Part shown: in pieces, positions 12,382 through 20,015 of the stretch | How positions within the stretch are numbered: the stretch's first letter is position 1 | Layout: each line of letters starts with the position of its first letter | Program-made: the position numbers and the translations under genes | The notes under the pieces: generated by a model | Told to the model about the DNA's origin: nothing | What the model saw: the letters and a program-made list of their open reading frames with translations, nothing else | The model's database searches: none | DNA from: an uncultured Holophaga sp. | GTDB lineage: Bacteria > Acidobacteriota > Holophagae > Holophagales > Holophagaceae | DNA: 64,000 bases | Direction of reading: 5' to 3' | Assembly: GCA_963664825.1 (NCBI GenBank) | Contig: OY761614.1 | Span: forward strand, 32,001 to 96,000

Positions 12382-13286
12382 GACCTCACCTCCTGGAGCA
12401 CCCGCCCCAACCAACCTGCGACCTGCTCCCACTCCATGAGGAAGGCGTCGTGGCCGTGGGGGCTATCCAGCCAGTCCAGCCGGCAGCGGGCCCCGGCCTG
12501 GAGGGCGGCCCCGGCCAGTTCTTCCAAGACGGGCCTGGGAAAGAGCAGATCAGGATCCATGCCCAGCACGAAGAGGGGCGCCCCCAGCCCCCCGAGGGCC
12601 GACACCAGACCGCCCCGGCCCCGGCCCAGATCGTGCTCATCCATGGCCTCCAGGAGGACTAGGTAGCTCGCCCGGGTGAAGCGCTGGGCGAGAGCCTCCC
12701 CATGGAAGGCCAGCCAGCTGCGGGCTTCAAGAGAGGATCCGAAGCGCCCGTCCAGACTGCTGGGCGTGCGAAAACTCAGCATGGCGGCCCGGCGGGCCAG
12801 GGCGATGGCCTCCGCATCCCCCAATCGCTCGCTCTTCAGGATGGCCCGCTGGACCTCGTTGGTGGCCCAGAGCCAGGCGTCGGCCCGAGCCCCGCAGCCG
12901 ATGACGCCGATGGCTTTGAAACGCTCCGGCGCCAGCAGCGCCAGTTCCAGCGCCACCATGCCCCCCAGGGAGCCGCCGATGAGGGCCTCGAAATGCAGAT
13001 CCGCATCCCGGATCCATTCCACCAGAACCCGGGCCTGCTCCCGGGGGTTCAGGCCCACCGAAGGCCCGGTGCTGCCATAGCAGCTCCCCGCCAAGTTGGG
13101 CGTCCATACGGTGGCCGCCTCGGGGGCCAGGGGAGCCCCCTCCCGAAAGAGAGGCGCCCACCAGCCCTTGACGCCCTCCCGGTCCGCCGCCTCGGGACTC
13201 CCGGTGAGGGCGTGCAGGAGCAGCACCCGGAGGGGCCCCTGCCCCGTCACCCGAAAGGCCGTACGGGCCCGGTCCAGCGGGCTCAT
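12369..13286 (-). CDS. metX: Homoserine O-acetyltransferase (MetX family)
   Basis: HALTGS, GWW, GSCYGSTGP, GGSLGG nucleophile elbow, SPHGHDAFL; ATG overlaps the metY stop. Confidence 0.88.
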   Translation of the reverse strand: MSPLDRARTAFRVTGQGPLRVLLLHALTGSPEAADREGVKGWWAPLFREGAPLAPEAATVWTPNLAGSCYGSTGPSVGLNPREQARVLVEWIRDADLHFEALIGGSLGGMVALELALLAPERFKAIGVIGCGARADAWLWATNEVQRAILKSERLGDAEAIALARRAAMLSFRTPSSLDGRFGSSLEARSWLAFHGEALAQRFTRASYLVLLEAMDEHDLGRGRGGLVSALGGLGAPLFVLGMDPDLLFPRPVLEELAGAALQAGARCRLDWLDSPHGHDAFLMEWEQVAGWLGRVLQEVRSCAY

Positions 13287-14584
13287 CCCTGCACCCCGGA
13301 GAGGGCTTGGTCCAGGTCCGCCCGGAGATCCTCCACATGCTCCAGGCCTACGGAAAGGCGGATCAGATCCTCCGGGACGCCCGAGGCCAGACGTTCCACC
13401 GGGGAGAGCTGCGAGTGGGTGGTGCTGGCGGGATGGATGATGAGGCTCTTGGCATCCCCCACGTTGGCCAACCGGGAGAAGAGCTGGACCCCGTCGATGA
13501 CGGCCTTTCCCCCCTGGAGCCCGCCCTTCACGCCGAAGGTGAGGATGCCTCCGAAGCCCGCCCCCTCCCGGAAATAGCGCCTGGCCAGGGCGTGGCTGGG
13601 ATGCTCCTTGAGGCCGGGATAGTTCACCCAGGCCACCTTGGGATGGGCCTGGAGCCACTGGGCCAGGTCAAGGGCGTTCTGGCCGTGGCGCTCCATGCGC
13701 AGGGGCAGCGTTTCGATGCCCTGCAGGAGTAGGAAGGCGTTGAAGGGGGAGAGGGCCGGTCCGAAGTCCCGCAGGCCCTCGACCCGGGCCTTCACCGCAA
13801 AGGCCGCCGCGCCTGCGATATCACTCAGGATCGCCCCGTGGTAGGCGGGGTGGGGCTCGGTGAATTCGGGGAACTTCCCGTTGCGCCAGTCGAAGCGCCC
13901 CCCATCCACCAGGACACCCCCCAGGCTGGTGCCGTGGCCCCCCAGGAATTTGGTGGCGCTGTGCACGACGATATCGGCGCCGTGCCGGAGGGGCTGGCAG
14001 AGCCAGGGCGAGGCCAGGGTGTTATCCACGATGAGGGGCACCCCCGCCTCGCGCGCCACCGCGGCCAGGGCCTCGAAGTGGGGCACATCCAGCTTGGGGT
14101 TGCCCAGAGCCTCCAGGAAGATGGCCTTGGTGGAGGGCCTCAGGGCCTGGCGGAAGGCCTCGACATCCCCGCTATCCACGAAGGAGACCTCGATGCCCTG
14201 GCGCCGGAGGCTCTGGCTGAAGAGGGTGCTGGTGCCGCCATAGAGATTATTGCCCGCCACGATGTGATCGCCGCTCTTGGCCAGGGTCTGGATCGCCAGG
14301 GCGATGGCCGACATGCCGGAAGCCGTGGCCAGGCCCGCCACGCCCCCTTCCAGCTGGGCCACCCGTTCCTCCAGCACCGCCAGGGTGGGGTTCCCGATCC
14401 GGGTATAGATGTTGCCCGGCTCCTCCAGGCTGAAGAGCCGCGCCCCCTGGTCGGCGGAATCGAACACATAGCTGCTGGTCTGGTAGATGGGCACCGCGCG
14501 GCTGCGGGTATCCCCATCGGGGGTGTGGCCGCCGTGGAGGACGAGGGTCTCGAAGCGGTGTTGGACAGATGCAGTCTCACCCAT
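13283..14584 (-). CDS. metY: O-acetylhomoserine sulfhydrylase (aminocarboxypropyltransferase)
   Basis: AVPIYQTSSYVF, IYTRIGNPT, PLP lysine HSATKFLGGHG, LANVGDAKSLIIHPASTTH. Confidence 0.95.
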   Translation of the reverse strand: MGETASVQHRFETLVLHGGHTPDGDTRSRAVPIYQTSSYVFDSADQGARLFSLEEPGNIYTRIGNPTLAVLEERVAQLEGGVAGLATASGMSAIALAIQTLAKSGDHIVAGNNLYGGTSTLFSQSLRRQGIEVSFVDSGDVEAFRQALRPSTKAIFLEALGNPKLDVPHFEALAAVAREAGVPLIVDNTLASPWLCQPLRHGADIVVHSATKFLGGHGTSLGGVLVDGGRFDWRNGKFPEFTEPHPAYHGAILSDIAGAAAFAVKARVEGLRDFGPALSPFNAFLLLQGIETLPLRMERHGQNALDLAQWLQAHPKVAWVNYPGLKEHPSHALARRYFREGAGFGGILTFGVKGGLQGGKAVIDGVQLFSRLANVGDAKSLIIHPASTTHSQLSPVERLASGVPEDLIRLSVGLEHVEDLRADLDQALSGVQG

Positions 14585-14702
14585 GGCGGACTCCGTACAG
14601 AGCCTCCCCGACCCCGTCGGGGGGCAATTGATGTGCCCTTGTCCCCCTTGCTAAGGGCCTCCGGGCACGTCGAGGGAGTCTCGCCGCTCCTAGCTCGCTC
14701 CA

Positions 14703-14741
14703 AGAAAAAACGAAGGGGCCCGATAGAATCGGGCCCCTTCG
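14703..14741 (-). terminator. Intrinsic terminator, expression platform of the SAM-I riboswitch
   Basis: Minus strand CGAAGGGGCCCGAT-TCT-ATCGGGCCCCTTCG followed by TTTTTTCTT. Confidence 0.9.
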
Positions 14742-14758
14742 CGTGTGTCAGTTGTACA

Positions 14759-14865
14759 GCTCGACATCTCTCCGGCAAGTCCGCCGGCAGGAATTAGCAC
14801 CTTACGCGTCAACGCAGGTTGCCAAGGTTTCACAGGGCCCGTCCCTCCACCTTTCTGGATAGCTC
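14759..14865 (-). ncRNA. SAM-I (S-box) riboswitch aptamer
   Basis: Minus strand CTATCCAGAAAGGTGGAGGGACGGGCCCTGTGAAACCTTGGCAACC...AAGGTGCTAATTCC...GAGAGATG matches S-box consensus; upstream of metY. Confidence 0.95.
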
Positions 14866-14922
14866 GCTATGGAACTGACAAAGATCTCAGAAACGCTAGT
14901 CTCCGATGTCCCATCGTCTCTG

Positions 14923-15627
14923 TCAAGAGAGCCGCCATCCCTCCACGTCCCTGCGCACTTCCAGAGGCGCGCCCAGCTTGGTCAGGCTCCGCAGCAGGCG
15001 GGCCCGGTAGCGGGGGAAGAGGTCCCTGCCCCCCCAGGCCGCCCGGTCCCAATCCAGCAGCAGGGCTTCCCCCTCCGGCGTGATCATCACGTTGGTGGCG
15101 TTCAGGTCCGGCGAGAAGAGGCCCCAGGCGCAGAGGGCCTCGATGCGCCCTCGGAGCTGCGCCAGGAAATTAGTCCCTGAATCCCAGTGCCGGGGCCAGG
15201 GGGAGCCTTCCGCGTAGCGAGTGAGGAAGAGGCCCTCGAAGCCCCAGGCCCTGTGCCGCAAGGCGTAACCCAGGGGTTCCACCGTGGGGAAGCCCGCCAA
15301 CCAGAGCGCTCGGTGCACCAGGAATTCCTGGGCGAAGCGGGCGGGGGAAAGATAGATCCCCGCGTTCAGGTGCCGCACCAGGCCGCCCCGGCGGTAGGGC
15401 CGCAGGACCACCTCCCCCAGGCGCCGGACACCCCCTCGCCCGAAGGCTCCCTCCAGCCCTTGAGCTGCCCCCCCCAGATCCAGCTCCGGGGAAGCGATCA
15501 GCGTCCAGCCAGCCCCCAGCCCGGGGATCTCGATCCCAGGGCTGCAGACGGGGGCCTGGGCCGGACTTCGGCGTTCGAAGGGCCAGAGGGCAGGCAGGGC
15601 CGGAATAGCGGGGAGGGATCGATTCAT
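14923..15627 (-). CDS. Lipopolysaccharide kinase (KdkA/InaA/WaaP family)
   Basis: VLRPYRRGGLVR, RFAQEF, PDLNATN, LLDWDRA, RLLRSLTKL resemble Kdo kinase; start trimmed to ATG 15627. Confidence 0.8.
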   Translation of the reverse strand: MNRSLPAIPALPALWPFERRSPAQAPVCSPGIEIPGLGAGWTLIASPELDLGGAAQGLEGAFGRGGVRRLGEVVLRPYRRGGLVRHLNAGIYLSPARFAQEFLVHRALWLAGFPTVEPLGYALRHRAWGFEGLFLTRYAEGSPWPRHWDSGTNFLAQLRGRIEALCAWGLFSPDLNATNVMITPEGEALLLDWDRAAWGGRDLFPRYRARLLRSLTKLGAPLEVRRDVEGWRLS

Positions 15628-15697
15628 GACATCCAGATTGGCGCCGCTCCAGGCTGCGGGCCAGAGGAACCTTGAGGGTGGATTGCACAGGGCAGAA

Positions 15698-16240
15698 AAG
15701 AACGCGAACAGCGCCAAGGAAGCGAAGGCCGCGAATGGGACCTCAGGCAAAGGGGAACCTGGTTGTCGGCTTGGCTTAGCCAGAAAAGCCCACCACGGAT
15801 ACACACGGATTTCCGGGAACACCTCAGTCCGGCTGGTCTCCTTCCGGAACCGGGAAGGTCCATCTCAACCCGTGCGTTTCGCCAGGGAAGGAGAGGCAGA
15901 AAGTGACAGGGATGGAGGGGATGAACGCACTGCTGGGGCTGGCGGCCCTGGTCGGCAAGACTGAACCAGGTTTCCCAATGGCCGCAGGGAAACGGATGGA
16001 AAAAGAAGGTTGGCCGGGGATGCACCGGCAACACCTCGCAAATTCAGGCGCCCTGGCCCGCCTGCTGCACAGCCCAGGGTGCCGAGTCCGCCAGTATCTG
16101 ATCCCCGTTGATCCCCGGCCCTGAGGCCTGCTGGAGTAATCGGGCCTGGATCCCATGACCTCTACCCCTGTCCGCTTCTTCGCGCTCTTGGCCCCCTTCG
16201 CGACCTTCGCGTTCATTCCTTTCCTGATATCGAGACCCCG
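15698..16240. repeat. Repeat family A, long copy (543 bp) with 9-nt-periodic inverted terminal arms and nested inverted repeats
   Basis: Left 41 nt match 19839-19879 with 1 mismatch; right 50 nt (16191-16240) match 19935-19984 with 4 mismatches; arms are mutually inverted. Confidence 0.85.
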
Positions 16241-16297
16241 GTCATGCCTTGCCAATACCCCCGGAGCGCGGATACTCGGGAATACCCGGAGGCTCCC

Positions 16298-17110
16298 ATG
16301 GAACCTGGTGCCCCCCACGTCGCGGTCCTGATGTGCCACGCTCCCATCGTGATCCCCGCCATCGGCGGTGAGCGGGGAGCGAAATGCGCCGCCACCACGG
16401 CCTCCATGCGGGAGGCGGCCCGGGCCGTGGCCGGGAGCGGCGCCGAGACGGCCCTCATCCTGAGCCCCCATCTCCCCCGTCATCTCCAGGCCTTCGGCGT
16501 GGTGGCCTCGGAGAAACTCGTTGGAGACTTCGGCGCCTTCGGGCGACCCGAGATCGCCTGCGCCTTCCGGGGGGACGCCGCTGCCGGAGCCACCATCGCG
16601 CGGGTGGCCCAACGGGCGGGCATCGGCATCGAGCCCGTGGAGACCCGGGGCCTGGATCACGGCGCCCTGGTGCCCCTCTGGTTCCTCCAGGAGGCGGGAT
16701 TCAAGGGCCGCATCGTCGTATTCGGCTTCCCCTGGCACAGGGACGGTGCCTCCAATCGCGCCTTCGGAGGCGCCCTGAAGGAGGCCCTGGTCGGCCTCCA
16801 TCGCCCCTGGGCCCTAGTGGCCTCCGGGGACATGAGCCACGCCCTCCAGCCGGGAGCGCCTTCGGGTTTCCATCCACGAGCCCAAGGCTTCGATGACGCC
16901 GTGGTGGAGGCGGTGCGCCAGGGGCATCTCGGCGCCCTGGGCGCCATTCCCAGCGAACTCCGGGAATTGGCGAGCGAGGATGTCGTAGATTCCCTGGAAA
17001 TTTCCGCAGGCATCTTGGGAGACGAGATCGCGCCGAACCATGTTCTCTCCTACGAGGGGCCCTTCGGCGTGGGCTACCTCATCGCCCTGCTGCAGGGGAC
17101 CCGGCCGTGA
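16298..17110 (+). CDS. LigB/MEMO-fold (class III extradiol dioxygenase-like) protein of an AmmeMemoRadiSam-type locus
   Basis: CHAPIVIP, LSPH, LDHGALVPLWFL, ASGDMSH, SYEGPFGVGY; GGAGG SD; overlaps the radical SAM start. Confidence 0.82.
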   Translation: MEPGAPHVAVLMCHAPIVIPAIGGERGAKCAATTASMREAARAVAGSGAETALILSPHLPRHLQAFGVVASEKLVGDFGAFGRPEIACAFRGDAAAGATIARVAQRAGIGIEPVETRGLDHGALVPLWFLQEAGFKGRIVVFGFPWHRDGASNRAFGGALKEALVGLHRPWALVASGDMSHALQPGAPSGFHPRAQGFDDAVVEAVRQGHLGALGAIPSELRELASEDVVDSLEISAGILGDEIAPNHVLSYEGPFGVGYLIALLQGTRP

Positions 17111-18150
17111 GCCTTCACCCCGGCCACCTTCAAGCCGCCCGTTGGTGGCGGCGGGTGGCTCCAGACAGGGTCCTCTGCGAACTCTGCCCCCGGGGCTGCC
17201 TCCTGGCGGAAGGCCAGACAGGCTTTTGCGGCGTGCGCCGCATGGAAGGCGGCGCCCTTCAGACGGCAGTCTTCGGCACCACCAGCGGCCTCTGCGTCGA
17301 TCCCATGGAGAAGAAGCCCCTCTACCATTTCCTGCCGGGCAGCCCTGTGCTCTCCTTCGGGATGCTGGGCTGCACCCTCGCCTGCGACTTCTGCCAAAAC
17401 GCGAGCCTCAGCCAGGGAATGGAGCTCCCACGGCTGCGCCCCGCGTCCATCGAGGAGCTCGTGCGCATCGCCCTGGAACAGGCGTGCATCGGTGTGGCCT
17501 TCACCTACAACGAGCCCGTTGTTTCAGCGGAATGGTGCCTGGAAGTGGCCGCGGCCTGCCGGGAGGCGGGGCTCCGCACACTGGCTGTGAGTTCGGGCTA
17601 CATCTCCGGAGAAGCCCGAGCCGAATTCTTCGGGGCCATGGACGCCATCAACGTGGATATCAAGGGTTTCTCGGAAGCCTTTTACAGAAGGCACTGCCAG
17701 GGCCACCTCCAGCCTGTCCTGGAGACCCTGGAATACCTGGCGAAGGAGGGCCGCACCTGGCTGGAGGTGACCACGCTGATCATCCCGGGCGAAAACGATG
17801 GCAAGGACGAAATCGCGGCCCTCTCGGATTGGATCGCGGAGCATCTCGGAAGGGATGTCCCCCTGCACTTCTCGGCCTTTCATCCCGCCCACCGCCTCCT
17901 CGACCTCCCTCGAACGCCCCCCTCCACCCTGCGCCGGGCCCGGGAGATCGCCCGGACCCGCGGACTCCGCTACGTCTACACCGGCAATATCCTGGACGCG
18001 GAAGGCAGCACGACCCTTTGTCCCGGATGCGGCACGGCCCTCATCGAACGCCAAGGCTTCCGCGTCCTCTCCAACCGGGTCGAAGGGAGCCGCTGCCCGG
18101 ATTGCGGAACAGGCCTCCCGGGGCGATTCCCGGGAGAAACCCGCGGATGA
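17107..18150 (+). CDS. amrS: AmmeMemoRadiSam system radical SAM enzyme
   Basis: CELCPRGC...GFCGVR, DPMEKKPLYHFLPG, CTLACDFC (CxxxCxxC), FTYNEP, C-terminal CxxC pairs. Confidence 0.92.
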   Translation: MSLHPGHLQAARWWRRVAPDRVLCELCPRGCLLAEGQTGFCGVRRMEGGALQTAVFGTTSGLCVDPMEKKPLYHFLPGSPVLSFGMLGCTLACDFCQNASLSQGMELPRLRPASIEELVRIALEQACIGVAFTYNEPVVSAEWCLEVAAACREAGLRTLAVSSGYISGEARAEFFGAMDAINVDIKGFSEAFYRRHCQGHLQPVLETLEYLAKEGRTWLEVTTLIIPGENDGKDEIAALSDWIAEHLGRDVPLHFSAFHPAHRLLDLPRTPPSTLRRAREIARTRGLRYVYTGNILDAEGSTTLCPGCGTALIERQGFRVLSNRVEGSRCPDCGTGLPGRFPGETRG

Positions 18151-18182
18151 CTCCGATTACACTGGATCCCAGAGGTTCGTTG

Positions 18183-19064
18183 ATGAAACGTCTGGCTCTG
18201 AGCGTCTTCCTTTTGCTGGCAAGCGTCATCCCAGCCCCGGCCCAGACCGGCGAGATCCGGGAAGGGCTGACGATGCAGAGTCAGATCCTGCATAAGCAGA
18301 TGCGCTATTCCATCTACCTGCCTCCGGGCTACGAGGCCTCCCGGCGCCTGTACCCTGTGCTCTACCTGCTGCACGGATACACGGACAATGATTCGGCCTG
18401 GATCCACTTCGGCGAGATGGCCCAGGCTCTGGACGATGGCATCGCTAGGCGCGAGATCACGCCCATGATCGTGGTGATGCCCGATGGGGGCACGAGCTGG
18501 TACGTGAACAATTTCGATGGCTCCCTGCGCTGGGAGGACTACTTCATCCAGGAGCTGATCCCGTTCCTGGAAAGCCGCTTCAGGGCCCATCCCGCCCGCG
18601 CCAGCCGGGCCATCGCGGGGCTTTCCATGGGCGGCTTCGGCGCCCTGGTGCAGAGCCTCCACCATCCGGATCTCTTCGGTGCCTGTGCGGCCCTCAGCGC
18701 GGCGGTCTACACGGATGCGGCCATTGAGGCCTTCGACCCGGAAGACTGGACCCAGGTGCGTGCCGTAGTGTGGGGTCCCGGCCTCAAGGGAGGAGCCCGT
18801 CTCACAGCCCACCTCCAGGCAAATAATCCCCTCAAGCTCGTGGCCACCGGAGATCTCCCGAAACTGCGGGAAGTGCGCTGGTACCTGGATTGCGGCGACG
18901 AGGACTCCCTGCTGCCCGGCAACCTCGCCCTGCATCAGGCCATGGTCGATCGCGGCATCAGCCACGCCTTGCGCGTCCGGGGCGGCAGCCATGTCTGGAC
19001 GTACTGGCGCACGGGACTGCCCGCCGTGCTCTCCTTCGCAACTTCAGCCTTCAGACAGAACTAA
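18183..19064 (+). CDS. Secreted alpha/beta-hydrolase esterase (CE1/Fes-like)
   Basis: Signal peptide, YPVLYLLHG, GLSMGG, DCGDED, GGSHVWTYW. Confidence 0.88.
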   Translation: MKRLALSVFLLLASVIPAPAQTGEIREGLTMQSQILHKQMRYSIYLPPGYEASRRLYPVLYLLHGYTDNDSAWIHFGEMAQALDDGIARREITPMIVVMPDGGTSWYVNNFDGSLRWEDYFIQELIPFLESRFRAHPARASRAIAGLSMGGFGALVQSLHHPDLFGACAALSAAVYTDAAIEAFDPEDWTQVRAVVWGPGLKGGARLTAHLQANNPLKLVATGDLPKLREVRWYLDCGDEDSLLPGNLALHQAMVDRGISHALRVRGGSHVWTYWRTGLPAVLSFATSAFRQN

Positions 19065-19752
19065 GCGCCGAGGTCCCGGTCCAGGACCCTCGCCGGGTGG
19101 GGAGCTGGATGGCCGCGGCCAGCCGGTCCAGGTAATCCTGGCGCCCGATGACGATGGCACCCAGCTGGAGCAGGTTGGGGTTGGGTAGTTGGCCATCGAT
19201 GAAGTGGAAGCCCCAGGCCTTGGCGGCCCGGCAGAGCCCGGCGAAGGCCGCGCGACTGGCATAGTCCCGCTGGCAGAACATGCTTTCGCCAAAGAAGGCC
19301 GCCCCCAGGGAGATCCCGTAGAGCCCGCCCACCAGGGCCCCGTCCTGCCAGGTCTCGATGGAATGGGCGAAGCCTTCCCGGTGGAGTGCGAGGTAGGCCT
19401 CGGCCATGGCCTCGGTGATCCAGGTGCCCCCCTGGCCCGGTCGCGGAATGCTCGCGCAGCCTTCGACCACCCTTGCGAAGGCCGTGTCGGCCCGCAGTTC
19501 GAAGGCCCCGTGACGGATCCCCCGCCGGGCCCGGGCCGGAATATGCTCCTCCCCGGGAATGAACAGCGCCCGCTCCGGGGGAGACCACCACAGGATCGGA
19601 TCCCCCGGGTTGAACCAGGGGAAGATGCCCCCGGCATAGGCGTTCAGGAGCCGCTGGACGCTGAGGTCTCCCCCCAGGGCCAGCAGCCCCTCGGGCTCGG
19701 CCTCCCGGGGATCGGGAAAGACCGGCGCAGGGGTGAGACGGTAGACGGGCAT
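19051..19752 (-). CDS. aat: Leucyl/phenylalanyl-tRNA-protein transferase
   Basis: GLLALGGDLS, AYAGGIFPW, WWSPPER, GTWIT, AHSIETW, FFGESMF. Confidence 0.95.
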   Translation of the reverse strand: MPVYRLTPAPVFPDPREAEPEGLLALGGDLSVQRLLNAYAGGIFPWFNPGDPILWWSPPERALFIPGEEHIPARARRGIRHGAFELRADTAFARVVEGCASIPRPGQGGTWITEAMAEAYLALHREGFAHSIETWQDGALVGGLYGISLGAAFFGESMFCQRDYASRAAFAGLCRAAKAWGFHFIDGQLPNPNLLQLGAIVIGRQDYLDRLAAAIQLPTRRGSWTGTSALSSV

Positions 19753-19838
19753 GGCAACAGGATTCCACGCCGATGATCCCCTTGGGGACATCGACGTGAA
19801 TTAGGAGTTCAGAACCGCCTACAAAGAACCGAAAAATG

Positions 19839-19984
19839 AAGAACGCGAAGAGCGCCAAGGAAGCGAAGGCCGCGAATGGAATCTCTGGGATAGGAGAATG
19901 GCTCAGCCCCTTCCCCGTTGGTTTTCATTTCTTCGCCCCCTTCGCGGCCTTCGCGTTCATTCCTTTCCTGCTATCGGGAACCCG
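19839..19984. repeat. Repeat family A, short copy (146 bp)
   Basis: AACGCGAAG-AGCGCCAAG-GAAGCGAAG-GCCGCGAAT ... TTCGCCCCCTTCGCGGCCTTCGCGTT; same ends as 15698-16240. Confidence 0.85.
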
Positions 19985-20015
19985 CAGGGAAAGCCATCAG
20001 GACTCCGTTGAATTT

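Noticed and set aside
15626..16240. Small ORFs inside the long family A element (15626..15964, 15903..16124, 15624..16034)
   Set aside because: Translations derive from the periodic repeats (e.g. NANSAKEAKAAN), codon usage is atypical and no domain is recognisable
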